Virus record (IMG/VR): IMGVR_UViG_2788500088_000017
DNA: 64,000 nucleotides
Direction: 5' to 3' (one strand)
DNA from: an uncultured virus (IMG/VR IMGVR_UViG_2788500088_000017)
Taxonomy: Duplodnaviria; Heunggongvirae; Uroviricota; Caudoviricetes
Positions 1 to 9,915 of the stretch are shown piece by piece. The position numbers and the translations under genes were made by a program. Under the pieces are notes generated by a model that searched no databases, was not told the DNA's origin, and saw only the letters and a list, made by a program, of their open reading frames with translations. Position 1 is the stretch's first letter. Each line of letters begins with the position of its first letter.

Positions 1-3000
1 AAGACAAAAAACCGCTTGCTCAATTCTCTGTTGGAACTTGACAACATCTACCAAAACGCCGGACCGCGACAGAAAGAGCAACGCAAGGCTGAACTTGCGC
101 GACTTATCAACGAAGGTAAAATTGAGGAAGGCACTCATGTCGGTTTGCGAGAACGACATGACGAGGACGAAGGCGTTTCTTTGCAGGGATTGGTGGTGGC
201 ACCAACACCCGCTCACATCTACAAACGAAAAGCCGCGAAAGTGCAACGCGCTTTGACTTTGGCTCAACGCGCGGGAGACGAAGAAGAAACAGAACGGTTG
301 AGTCAAACGCTGTCAGCCATGAACAGCAACGCGCCCGTGGAAAGTGCTGGACAGGAGACGCAGAAGAACATGGAGCGATATTTGACAAACATGTTTGAGT
401 CGCACAGGAACACAAAGACGCTGTTCAACATGTTGCGTAAGGGTGTTGAGAAACACATCCCGAACGCGTATAACAAAGGCACCAACGCGGACCATGACAT
501 GACCGCTTACACCATGCGCATTGCTGAAATGTTGCAATCGCTTGGACCAACCGCGAGAGCCAAGTTGATGACGACAAAGAACAACCTCTTCTACAACGGC
601 AAGCGTTTCACTCTCGGCGAACTGTTCAGCGAAGAAGAAAAAAGAAGCATCATTGATTTGTCGTCCCAGCGCGAAGTTCATGAAGCCAACGAATCCTTCG
701 CCAGTCATCTCAAGGACGAACATTTTGAAGGTCGTCAACCAACGGCCTACAAAGCCGCGCTTTCCGTAGCGCAAGGTGCTGGGGGCAAAAAAGCCAATGC
801 GCGCTCAACTACCATCTACGAAAAGGTCATGGCCGAAGTTGAGAAGGCGGCAGAAGAACAGGGCATCACTTTTGCCGAAGCGTTCGCCGCGCGTTATTAT
901 CCACATCAGCGGTCGGGAGAGCGATACAAATACAAGAATCGCGCACTTCAAGCGAAGCCCCTTGAGGGATACCCCAACTTTGCCAATGTCAACAACGAAG
1001 AGTTGCGACAGCAATTGGTTGCTTCTTTTAGGAACATCAAGAGCGGCAACTTGGGTGGTATGCACCGTTCAGCCGAAGCACAGCGAGAAGGGCTTCTCCA
1101 CGGTGGCGACACCGTAAAGGTCGTCAACGCAAAGAGGCAAGAGAAGGACATCAACATCTATCAAGAGCGCGAGGCTATTCGCGAGGTCATGAACCATTAT
1201 CTGCAAGAGACGGGCAAAGGTAGCGATGTCGCAATGGACTTCAGCACGGTCGCGCGAGGTTTCCGAGGCAATGTTGCCATGACAGCAAAGAAAATGATGA
1301 ACTTCGCCGACCCCAAGTCGCTGTTGAACTTTGGGTTAGCAACGGGTGACACCACCAAAACAGGCTCGGCCACGGTGTTGACGGGAGGCAAACAGGCTGT
1401 TGGCACGAGCGGTGGCGACTTTGCTCATGCCTCCCCCTATCCCGTCAACGCGTCAAGAGAAAATCAATTTCACTTCGGCTTGCCTTCCAAGTCCACCCAC
1501 ACCTTCAACGAAGACGCAATGGCTGATGGTTTTCTCATCATTGAAGACGACAACGCCCACGCTTACAACCCCATGCCCACCACGCAAAGCGTCATGAATC
1601 GCGACCCTATGCGTCATGTAAACCGGGACTTGAAGCCTCTCAACATAAACGACCGGCAACACATCAACTACGCCGAGTTCGCGCAAGGTATGGAGCCGAA
1701 CCCCAACATTCGCGTGGGTCAGCAAATACAGAACATCATGGCCCATCCAACACAGCAGGAGACGCCGGTCACGCTCAACGACGACATCATGCAGTATTCT
1801 CTTTCCCTCCGACTCAACGCGTTGATGGATGACACGCTCTTCATGAAGGACGACGGTCGCCCACCTCCTGTCAAGTTCATGCATCGCATTTTTGACTTGG
1901 AAGACATGCAACACTTGCGCGGCTTCACGGGCGATTGGGTCATCTCGCTCTACCCACAAGGCGAACATGTCATTGCGACGAGGAAAGGTAAAAAGTTCAC
2001 AGCGTATGGGGCAGAAGGAGAAGTGAAGTTGGATGAGGCGATTGTGGAAGAGGTGGACAAAGTCTACGAAAAGGACTTCACGGTTCACGCGATTCTTCAT
2101 GATGGAATAATGACCGTTCTTGACTTGCTCAAGACGGCAGACGAAGACACGCACAACATGCCGACCAAGGACCGCATCCGTCATCTACGCGCTCAATACG
2201 AATCCAGCGAACACATCAAAATGCCCGAACCTATCAACACCAAGCGTAGCGATGACGAAGGGTTGCAAACCGCGGTTGACGGTTTGTTAAAAGAAAATGA
2301 AGAGGACATCCTACTACGCGACGCTAACGCGACTTACATGAAAGGTGAACCTCGGCATCCGAAGTGGGTGTTGCTCACCAAGGAGAAGGTCGTGGATGTC
2401 GTCATACTCTCTGTCTCCGGCACAACTTACGGCATCGGTGTTGGTCCGCTCATGCACCCGGAACACTACGGGAAGCGCGCGCAACAAGTTGGCGATGAAC
2501 ACTACATGAATGTAGGAAGCGCAAAAGGACCGCGTGGATTGAAGGTCGGCGACTTCGCAACGGTGCGTTGCACCGGCGTTTCGGTGACAAAGAAAGAACA
2601 TCCACTCTACCGAATCCGTGCGGCGAAAATCACCGACAACGAACCGTTTGCCGCAAACAGCGTGGAGACGCTGGCTATCATGGCAGGCGACCATAATGTT
2701 CCGCAGAAGGTGTCTGTGAAGAAAGGAAACATCGTGGTGTCGTTCCCTGCATTTGACGATGAAGTTATTTGCAAAACGCGTGAGGAAGAGGGTCTTTGGA
2801 CCATTGAACCTCACTCTTCGCTATGGGGCAACGAATACCTCGTCAAGTTGGCTCGCGACCAAGAGCCGTATTGGGAAGCATCAGCCGCGCTGTTGCTGTT
2901 GAAAGAAAAAACCGAAGAGCCGGAATACGATGAGGTCGTCCCCGAACCGCCAGCAGGTCACAGCAAGAAACCAAAGAAAGTGTTGGAAGAGGAAGAAGAA

Positions 3001-3309
3001 GTCATCAAGCGCGGGCTTGAATTGTTGGAGCGTGGTTTGGAACAACTAACGAAGGAGAAAACGACCAGCACCGGAATTCAAGGGTTGGGTATTGGTTACG
3101 CGACTTATGACGAGTCTCCTCGCGGCCCGACTGAAAACATTCGCGACGACACCATGCCGGACTTTGACCCTCAAGCGCGAAGAGATGATGAGTTGAAACC
3201 CGCTACGGCCAAGAAAACCAAGCGACTGCGAAGCACCGAAGGTGAAGAAGCAACGCTGGAAGAGGACGGGGTAATCGCGGTTGAGAAGAGTTCCTTTCAT
3301 ATAGGATGA
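1..3309 (+). CDS. Large head-associated protein (5'-truncated) with C-terminal degenerate ATP-dependent DNA ligase-like (NTase+OB) domain
   Basis: Frame is open from base 1; ligase-like motifs WVISLYPQGEHVIA, FTVHAIL, VLDLL, EDILLRDANATYMKGEPRHPKW and an OB-like VVILS...YMNVG; lies directly before the prohead protease. Confidence 0.65.
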   Translation, partial: KTKNRLLNSLLELDNIYQNAGPRQKEQRKAELARLINEGKIEEGTHVGLRERHDEDEGVSLQGLVVAPTPAHIYKRKAAKVQRALTLAQRAGDEEETERLSQTLSAMNSNAPVESAGQETQKNMERYLTNMFESHRNTKTLFNMLRKGVEKHIPNAYNKGTNADHDMTAYTMRIAEMLQSLGPTARAKLMTTKNNLFYNGKRFTLGELFSEEEKRSIIDLSSQREVHEANESFASHLKDEHFEGRQPTAYKAALSVAQGAGGKKANARSTTIYEKVMAEVEKAAEEQGITFAEAFAARYYPHQRSGERYKYKNRALQAKPLEGYPNFANVNNEELRQQLVASFRNIKSGNLGGMHRSAEAQREGLLHGGDTVKVVNAKRQEKDINIYQEREAIREVMNHYLQETGKGSDVAMDFSTVARGFRGNVAMTAKKMMNFADPKSLLNFGLATGDTTKTGSATVLTGGKQAVGTSGGDFAHASPYPVNASRENQFHFGLPSKSTHTFNEDAMADGFLIIEDDNAHAYNPMPTTQSVMNRDPMRHVNRDLKPLNINDRQHINYAEFAQGMEPNPNIRVGQQIQNIMAHPTQQETPVTLNDDIMQYSLSLRLNALMDDTLFMKDDGRPPPVKFMHRIFDLEDMQHLRGFTGDWVISLYPQGEHVIATRKGKKFTAYGAEGEVKLDEAIVEEVDKVYEKDFTVHAILHDGIMTVLDLLKTADEDTHNMPTKDRIRHLRAQYESSEHIKMPEPINTKRSDDEGLQTAVDGLLKENEEDILLRDANATYMKGEPRHPKWVLLTKEKVVDVVILSVSGTTYGIGVGPLMHPEHYGKRAQQVGDEHYMNVGSAKGPRGLKVGDFATVRCTGVSVTKKEHPLYRIRAAKITDNEPFAANSVETLAIMAGDHNVPQKVSVKKGNIVVSFPAFDDEVICKTREEEGLWTIEPHSSLWGNEYLVKLARDQEPYWEASAALLLLKEKTEEPEYDEVVPEPPAGHSKKPKKVLEEEEEVIKRGLELLERGLEQLTKEKTTSTGIQGLGIGYATYDESPRGPTENIRDDTMPDFDPQARRDDELKPATAKKTKRLRSTEGEEATLEEDGVIAVEKSSFHIG

Positions 3310-3327
3310 AAAGAAGTCGGGTGAGCA

Positions 3328-4743
3328 ATGGCGATTCTCGCGGCACCTGCTTCGTCCTCCGACCCCATCATTTTGAAGGGGATTGGTAACGACTTGGTTG
3401 TCGCTGGATACGCGTCAGTTGAGATGGTTGACAAGCAAGGCGACCTCATCACACGCGGAGCATTGAAAGACGCGTTTGGCAAATTTATGAAAGCCGATGG
3501 CTTTCGCAATGTGCAACTTGCTCACTCTAACATTCAAGTCGGGAGCGTCATCCCTTCCTACACCGACTCATCGGGTCGTTTGTGGAAGTCGGAAGTTGAC
3601 GACACCGGCATGTTCGTCGTCATCAAGTTGCGCGGCGACATTGAGAAGGCACGCGAAGTGGCTTCGGAAATCCGCAAGGGGAGCCTGCGCTCGTTCTCCA
3701 TCGGCGGTCAAGCATTTGAGCGCGTCAACAAGAGCGACCAAACGCGCGGCGACTACCGCGAAATCCGTCGCATGGAACTCCACGAGGTTACGATTTGTGA
3801 GAAGGGTATCAACCCGGAAGCACAATTTCGCATACTCAAGGAGGATACCGGTGAGAATATGACCAACACGATGAGCGAACTACAAAGCGTGCTTGAGCGT
3901 CTTTCAAAGAAATTAGAGGACGATGACAAGGACAAAGAAGAAAAAGACGCAGGCATGATGGACGATGAAAAGCCCAAGAAGAAAACGATGCCTCGTTCAC
4001 TTGACCCCGACGGTGATGGTGACCCCGGTCCATTCGGCGACGACGACGACGACGAAGACGACGAAAACGAAGACATGATGTATGCCGACGACGACGAAGA
4101 CAAAAAGGAGAAGAAAGACATGAAAAAAGGAGATGACATGATTACGAGCGACTACCTAATGTGGCTTGAGCAGACTGCAAAGAGCGCAGGGTATGACCCG
4201 AACGCCGCTCGCGACCACTTCGGCAAGGGCTACGGACCACAAGAAACATCGTTTGACATGCGCGGACAGGGTTCCCTTGAAGGTGCTGGCGAAGACGATT
4301 CCGGCAAGCGTCCACAACCCAACTTCGGCTCTGCCCCAACAGGCAACAAGAATGTCATCAAGTCCGACTATCTCAACGCCGCGAATGTTTCGCAGTCCGA
4401 GATTGAGTCCGCTTACGAGGTGTTCAAAGCCGCGGCTACCGAGCAACAATTCAAGGCTGACTTGAACAGCCACTTCACCGAACGCTTCCTCAAGGAGCAA
4501 AAGGCCGAGGAGAACGAAATTGCAAAGTCCAACTTTGATGCTCGCGCTCCAATGGTTGAGTTGCAGAAGGCAGTCCTTGCCCTCAACGACCGGATTGACA
4601 ATGTTTCGTCCGGCTCTTCTACGATTGCAAAGTCCGCCGCGACTGCAAGCGTAACCATTCCCGACACCGCCGAACTTGCAAACATGTCGTGGGACGATGT
4701 CCACCGACTTGCAGGAAAAGCGTTGAACGGAGGTGAATACTGA
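3328..4743 (+). CDS. Prohead maturation protease (HK97-type) fused to acidic/coiled-coil scaffold region
   Basis: VAGYASVEMVDKQGD, LAH, LRSFSIGG and LHEVTIC..GINPEA motifs; acidic C-terminal extension; overlaps MCP start (TGATG). Confidence 0.9.
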   Translation: MAILAAPASSSDPIILKGIGNDLVVAGYASVEMVDKQGDLITRGALKDAFGKFMKADGFRNVQLAHSNIQVGSVIPSYTDSSGRLWKSEVDDTGMFVVIKLRGDIEKAREVASEIRKGSLRSFSIGGQAFERVNKSDQTRGDYREIRRMELHEVTICEKGINPEAQFRILKEDTGENMTNTMSELQSVLERLSKKLEDDDKDKEEKDAGMMDDEKPKKKTMPRSLDPDGDGDPGPFGDDDDDEDDENEDMMYADDDEDKKEKKDMKKGDDMITSDYLMWLEQTAKSAGYDPNAARDHFGKGYGPQETSFDMRGQGSLEGAGEDDSGKRPQPNFGSAPTGNKNVIKSDYLNAANVSQSEIESAYEVFKAAATEQQFKADLNSHFTERFLKEQKAEENEIAKSNFDARAPMVELQKAVLALNDRIDNVSSGSSTIAKSAATASVTIPDTAELANMSWDDVHRLAGKALNGGEY

Positions 4744-5882
4744 TGGCACGAAATTATGTGAGAACTGTTCAAGACATGGAGCGTTACTACTACGGTGGGG
4801 CTTCTCAAACCGGATACACCTACGGGTCAAGCGACATTTTGAAGGCTGACAGCCCTCTCATGTCCAGCACCGCGGGAACCTACCAAGCAATCTACGGTCG
4901 CAAAGTGTGGTCGCAGTTGAACCAAGAGTTCAACGCGTTCTCCATTCTGCCAAAGAAGCCGTGGGAGCGAAGTGGATGGCGTATCCTCACGGAGCGCGCT
5001 TCCTTTACCAAGGGCGGTGGCATCGCGGAGAACGGCGTTCTTCCCGACACCAGCCGACCCGAATTCTTGCATGTGGCCGCAAAGCCCAAGACTGTCGCGC
5101 ACACTTTTGACTTGTCCGAAGTGAGCATGTTCCTTTCCGACAAGGACGACGGTATGGGCGATGTCCGCCAAGTCTTGAAGGAAGAGATGGGTAAGCACCA
5201 CGCTGAACACATCAACCGCATGCTCTTGCAGGACATTGACACCCCAGCCGGAAACGACTTTGAGTCGCTTGACCGACTTGTGTCCGACCCCGACAAGATG
5301 ACAATCGGAACAGCGCATGTAAGCGCAACCACGGACCACGACATCTACTCCATCACTCGCGATGGTTCCGCCGCTTTCCACAGCGCAGAAGTTGATGTTG
5401 CCTCCTCTAACCGCAACCTGTCCCTCAATCAAATGGACGGATTGTTCCAGCAACTTTGGACTCGTGGTGGTAACCCGAAGGTTATGCTTACGGGCTACGA
5501 CACTTTGATGCGCGTTCAGCAGTTGCTCCAATCCCAACAGCGATTCATGGACAGCAAGCGAATTACGCCTACCTACAACGGCGTGAAGGGTGTCCCCGGT
5601 CTTGAGGCTGGGTTCATCGTCGCAACCTACAACGGCGTTCCAATGATTCCAACCAAGGACATGCCCGACGAAGGCGCAAGCAGTCTGTCGCGCATCTACT
5701 ACTTGGACACGGACTACTTGTGGTTCCAAACTGCAATCCCAACCCAATACTACGAAAGCGGTATTGAGACTGGCGACCCATTCGCGATTAACCGTCTTGG
5801 ACAAGAGGGGCTTTACCGAACAATGGGCGAACTTTGGTGTTCGTTCTTTGGCGCAAGCGGGAGCATTCGCGACCTACAATGA
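4743..5882 (+). CDS. Major capsid protein (HK97 fold)
   Basis: 379 aa immediately after protease; GGIAENGVLP, E-loop-like region and YNGVPMIPTKDM typical of HK97-fold archaeal virus capsids. Confidence 0.85.
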   Translation: MARNYVRTVQDMERYYYGGASQTGYTYGSSDILKADSPLMSSTAGTYQAIYGRKVWSQLNQEFNAFSILPKKPWERSGWRILTERASFTKGGGIAENGVLPDTSRPEFLHVAAKPKTVAHTFDLSEVSMFLSDKDDGMGDVRQVLKEEMGKHHAEHINRMLLQDIDTPAGNDFESLDRLVSDPDKMTIGTAHVSATTDHDIYSITRDGSAAFHSAEVDVASSNRNLSLNQMDGLFQQLWTRGGNPKVMLTGYDTLMRVQQLLQSQQRFMDSKRITPTYNGVKGVPGLEAGFIVATYNGVPMIPTKDMPDEGASSLSRIYYLDTDYLWFQTAIPTQYYESGIETGDPFAINRLGQEGLYRTMGELWCSFFGASGSIRDLQ

Positions 5883-5893
5883 GGTGATGAAAT

Positions 5894-6505
5894 ATGGTAG
5901 CAATAACACACAGAGGAATTACTTACACGAGTAGCGCAGGCGGCGTTGATGTTCTCGCAGACTTGCCAATGCAAGGCGGCGTTGACCAAGATGAGACGCT
6001 TTGGATGGGCGCGTCCTATCCCGGCTCTCTCGCTTCTTTTGAGCCACAACAAACCGACCGAGCAAACAGGTTCAACCCACGATTGGTTGTTGTTCATTGG
6101 TCAACAGCGACGGACAATGCCACATTGACCCTCTCCGGTCAAGTCAGCGAAATCCTGCATGCTTCTTGCCAATGGAGTGAATCCAACGCCGCACCGGGTC
6201 TTTCCCAGCACGCGTCAAGTGGCGTTCTCATCAACGATGGTTCCCACTTCTTGACGAGTGAGTCAGTCGCCGCTGTTGACACAGTTGACGCAACAACTCA
6301 ATTCAGCGTTGGAGACTTCGTTCTTAACGCAGAAGGAGCAATTGTTGGAACGCTGACCGCGCTAACCGCAACGNAAATCACTCTTGCCGGAAACGCGACC
6401 GTTCAAATGAACGATGACGCGCCTTTGCACAAGAGGACTCCTTTGGTCTTGAAGAACACTTCGGGAACAACTGAATCCGTGACCTTGCTTCTGCTTTTGG
6501 CTTGA
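5894..6505 (+). CDS. Putative capsid decoration/minor structural protein
   Basis: GAGGTGA SD; beta-rich 203 aa protein directly after MCP. Confidence 0.55.
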   Translation: MVAITHRGITYTSSAGGVDVLADLPMQGGVDQDETLWMGASYPGSLASFEPQQTDRANRFNPRLVVVHWSTATDNATLTLSGQVSEILHASCQWSESNAAPGLSQHASSGVLINDGSHFLTSESVAAVDTVDATTQFSVGDFVLNAEGAIVGTLTALTATXITLAGNATVQMNDDAPLHKRTPLVLKNTSGTTESVTLLLLLA

Positions 6506-6506
6506 G

Positions 6507-6893
6507 GTGCTTTCTTTGCCTACAATTACCTACAAAGGTTCACGACGCGCTGGCGCGAACTGTGGACGCTTAGGATGGTGGATTTGGGGTGAGACTCGCG
6601 AAGTGTCGGCTGGATGGCTTGACGCCAACCGCGCGGCTGTTGACGGACCGGAATTTGTCATCACAGGACACACCTTTGATGAGGTNNANACTGTGGACGA
6701 AGGCNACGANGGTCTACCCGACATGGGTTGGACGAAAGGCGACATCCTCTCGTGGATGGAAGAGAACAGCGTTGAAGGCGCGTCCTCTCTCAAAACAAAG
6801 GCGAAGTTGCTCGCGTTAATTGACGCGCACCTTAACCCGCCCGAAGAGTCTTTAACCGATGGCGAAGAAGCAGAAACAACAGGAGATGAATGA
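6507..6893 (+). CDS. Hypothetical protein with HeH/Rho-N-like helical motif
   Basis: WTKGDILSWMEENSV...KTKAKLLALI pattern; such proteins often follow the MCP; start uncertain. Confidence 0.5.
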   Translation: MLSLPTITYKGSRRAGANCGRLGWWIWGETREVSAGWLDANRAAVDGPEFVITGHTFDEXXTVDEGXXGLPDMGWTKGDILSWMEENSVEGASSLKTKAKLLALIDAHLNPPEESLTDGEEAETTGDE

Positions 6894-6894
6894 T

Positions 6895-7152
6895 ATGGCA
6901 TTTGTAAGCGATAACCGACCCCACACATTGGGCGACTTGATTGTGATTACCGGAACCGTCGCGAACGGCGACCAAGACGCCGAATTGGGTGCTTTCCTCA
7001 CGGAAATCCTCATGGTGACGGCTGTTTCCAACGCCGCCGCCGCCGGTGGCGCACCTTTGGCCGCTTCAATTGATACGACTTCCGCGACCAAAGTCCGCTT
7101 TGCGGACCCCGGCGCGAGCGGTGGTCGTTTGATGGTCTTCGGCAAGCGATGA
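6895..7152 (+). CDS. Small virion structural protein (hypothetical)
   Basis: ATG at 6895 after GGAGATGA; beta-rich 85 aa. Confidence 0.55.
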   Translation: MAFVSDNRPHTLGDLIVITGTVANGDQDAELGAFLTEILMVTAVSNAAAAGGAPLAASIDTTSATKVRFADPGASGGRLMVFGKR

Positions 7153-7163
7153 GGTGATTCACC

Positions 7164-7337
7164 TTGTCCGACACAAAAGTGTTTGAATTCACACCCAACG
7201 AGGGATGTGAAACAGGCGCGTCTGTGGCGGGTGGCGTGCAGAAGGTCCTTGACGACTACACCAGCGGGAAAACGGTTGAGGGCATTACCTCTTACACCAT
7301 GCAGGGCAACCTCTATGTCGTAGTCGTCACCTCGTGA
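7164..7337 (+). CDS. Hypothetical 57-aa protein (absent from ORF track)
   Basis: GAGGTGA SD at 7151, TTG start, MSDTKVFEFTPNEG...YVVVVTS*; fills the gap. Confidence 0.6.
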   Translation: MSDTKVFEFTPNEGCETGASVAGGVQKVLDDYTSGKTVEGITSYTMQGNLYVVVVTS

Positions 7338-7347
7338 GGTGAACGAC

Positions 7348-7614
7348 ATGGACTTGAGTGAACTGCAACGCCTTGAGAAACAGGGCTGGCGTAAGGCAGA
7401 AGAGTCAATGACCAAGACCGATGAGCGCGACAAGTTGAAGGGTGTCATCAAGCGTCAAAACATGAAGACGCGCAACATCCGCGACATCGTCAACATCGGT
7501 TCCGGCACGCGTTGCCGCTTCTGCGGCATGCTCCACTTCTGCTACCTTGAGCGGTGCGGTGCCTGCAAGAAGCCGATGGAATACAACCTCGCGAAGACCG
7601 AAGAGGTGATTTGA
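7348..7614 (+). CDS. Zinc-ribbon protein
   Basis: CRFC...CGAC; GAGGTGA SD. Confidence 0.65.
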   Translation: MDLSELQRLEKQGWRKAEESMTKTDERDKLKGVIKRQNMKTRNIRDIVNIGSGTRCRFCGMLHFCYLERCGACKKPMEYNLAKTEEVI

Positions 7615-9194
7615 TGCCGACCGTATTCCAAACAGGTGAGCGCGAGGGTCGCCCCCTCTTTCCCGATAGGCTCTACTACACCTCCGCGCAGAAGGTCGCT
7701 GACATCCTACAAATCCCCTTCCCCGACCCCGTTTTCTTGGCCGCAGAAGACGGCTCTACTCATGTTGACATTTCCCCCGCAGACTTCCGATTGGTTGGCT
7801 TTGAAGTAGGTGACAAAATTGAGATTACCAGCGATACCGAAATGGGTGAAGAGCGAACTGTCACAGGGATTGCTCGCGCTTCCGGCAATGTTCGTCTTTC
7901 TTTTACAGGGGCTTTGACGGGCGACTACACCACGACTGACAACGCGCAGGTCCAAAACCTTCAATCGTTTACCAACGGCAAACGCAAAGGTGTCACGCGT
8001 AAACAAGTTGAAACGCTCATTCTACGCACTCAAGACAAAATTGACAACCTCACGAACAACGCATGGCGTCCCATGTTGCAGACGGCTGAATACCTCAACT
8101 TTGACACCTACAAGCCCTATCGTCGCCGCTACTACACCGACTATGTCGGCTCGGTCCCGCTCTACTTCCGCAATGTCCAGCAAGTATTGCGACTTGAGAT
8201 TTGGCAGGGTCAAGACTACCGCGAGATTGCCGCGGCTGAAATCCGCCTCAAGGTAACTGATTTTACGCAACTGACGGCTGATACAGACAAATTGTTCTTG
8301 TGTCCCGGCGGCGGCGGTGTGGCTACGCTGACGGCTGGTAGCGGCTCGTCTAAGTTCCGCGCGCAATTTGACAATGTAAGCACCGCGCAACAACTTGCTG
8401 ATGTCATCAACAAGGATGCGCGTAAAGGAAAAGACGCTACACCGTTCGTCCCTTCGTTTGAATTTGAAGACATCACCGAGAGTGACGGCACGACCACAGC
8501 CAATGTGCATCATGAATTTATGGCGTCTGCCAACGCTGACTACGGTGGCGGTCAAATCAAAATCACTTCCATGCGTCGCGGTGAGGCTGGCGAGAACGCC
8601 ACCTACGCATGCACTTCCGACGGCATCACCTTCACCGGTGCAACCGACAACTCAACCACGGTGTCGTCATCTACCGCAACCACCATCACGGTCGCTGACG
8701 CTACGGGATTCGCACCTTACGGCATCATCAGCATTGGAAGTGCGTTTGGATACTACACCAGCCTTAGCGGGAATGTCATGAGCGGCGTTGCTGACCTTGT
8801 AGGCGACATCAGCGCGGCGGCAACGAACGGCGCGACCGTCCTTCAAAAGAAATTCAAAATTGATTATGTCGGCACTACAACAGGTGACGAAGCGCGTCTT
8901 CGTGATTGGTGGGCCGACTACGACATGGGTGTTATCTACTTCAACAACTCCTACCCCTACTTCTCATGGAACGCTGTCAAGGTGTCTTATGTCTACGGAG
9001 AGCGATATGTGGAGAAGGCCATTGAGGACATCTGCACGAAGTTGGTCGCGATGGACCTCATCCTCTCCGACGACCGAAGCGTGCTGTTGCCCGAAGGCAC
9101 GCAGAATGTGGACTTGGGAAGCAAGTATCAATTGTTTAAAGCACAGGTAGCAGAAGCCCTCCCGCGCTACACGGAAGTTATGACGGTGTTGTGA
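7614..9194 (+). CDS. Head-tail adaptor/connector protein with inserted beta domains
   Basis: YTSAQKVA..L N-terminus, LI..TQDKID, VKVSYVYG..VEKAIEDICTKLVA resemble gp6/gp15-type adaptors; position in head-tail block. Confidence 0.6.
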   Translation: MPTVFQTGEREGRPLFPDRLYYTSAQKVADILQIPFPDPVFLAAEDGSTHVDISPADFRLVGFEVGDKIEITSDTEMGEERTVTGIARASGNVRLSFTGALTGDYTTTDNAQVQNLQSFTNGKRKGVTRKQVETLILRTQDKIDNLTNNAWRPMLQTAEYLNFDTYKPYRRRYYTDYVGSVPLYFRNVQQVLRLEIWQGQDYREIAAAEIRLKVTDFTQLTADTDKLFLCPGGGGVATLTAGSGSSKFRAQFDNVSTAQQLADVINKDARKGKDATPFVPSFEFEDITESDGTTTANVHHEFMASANADYGGGQIKITSMRRGEAGENATYACTSDGITFTGATDNSTTVSSSTATTITVADATGFAPYGIISIGSAFGYYTSLSGNVMSGVADLVGDISAAATNGATVLQKKFKIDYVGTTTGDEARLRDWWADYDMGVIYFNNSYPYFSWNAVKVSYVYGERYVEKAIEDICTKLVAMDLILSDDRSVLLPEGTQNVDLGSKYQLFKAQVAEALPRYTEVMTVL

Positions 9195-9466
9195 TGCAGG
9201 AAGCAGTCAACAAAGCACTCGCGGAGGCCGTTCGTGAGACTATTATGGAGGCGCGCGAAAACAGCGTGTTTACCAGCAAGGGGCGTATGTTCCTTGACGC
9301 CAACGCGAGCGCATACGGAGCGGCTGTCAACGCAGAAGGTCAACTGATTGACGCGAGCGGGAAGGTCATGGACGAGAAGCACCCGGACTATCAAACCATC
9401 ATCAACATGGCTAAAAGGCAAGCCCGCGCTCAGTCGTCTATTGGGAGGGAATTGCTTGGCTCTTGA
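9191..9466 (+). CDS. Hypothetical protein (head-tail region)
   Basis: Coupled ORF, 91 aa. Confidence 0.5.
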   Translation: MMQEAVNKALAEAVRETIMEARENSVFTSKGRMFLDANASAYGAAVNAEGQLIDASGKVMDEKHPDYQTIINMAKRQARAQSSIGRELLGS

Positions 9467-9896
9467 ATCCGTTGAACTCATCAAAGACATTCTCACCAAA
9501 GGATGGAATCGCGGCAACACGAATCAGCGAACGCCCATCATTGAGGACATCACGACGGTTGAGGCTGGTCGCGGTAAGCGGTTTGACCTCACCAACAAAG
9601 ACGCCATCTACCTCTACGAAACGGTTCACAACGAAGAGCAACCCGAAGTGTTCTATGATTTTGTTCACACGCGAATCAACATCACCGTTGACGCGCGCAC
9701 CATGAACGGACGAAAGCACCTCATGAAAATGGAGGATGAAATTCGTCGCGTGGTCCACAGCAAGCGAAAGGGCGATGCCGAGAATTTTGACCGCTTGCTT
9801 TACAAAATGCGGACAGATTTGTCCGACAGGACGAAACGACTTCACAGGATGACCTTCCAAGTTGAAATCGTTATATTCTCGGAACTCATCGCGTGA
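9456..9896 (+). CDS. Putative tail terminator/completion protein
   Basis: About 146 aa before the tail tube; TTG start after GGAGG; size and synteny. Confidence 0.5.
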   Translation: MALESVELIKDILTKGWNRGNTNQRTPIIEDITTVEAGRGKRFDLTNKDAIYLYETVHNEEQPEVFYDFVHTRINITVDARTMNGRKHLMKMEDEIRRVVHSKRKGDAENFDRLLYKMRTDLSDRTKRLHRMTFQVEIVIFSELIA

Positions 9897-9915
9897 GACA
9901 AGGCGGGGCTAAAAA

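Noticed and set aside
4030..4110. GAC trinucleotide runs as a repeat element
   Set aside because: They encode the Asp/Glu-rich scaffold linker
4827..5804. 325-aa antisense ORF over the capsid gene
   Set aside because: Shadow of biased codon usage; no motifs or coding logic
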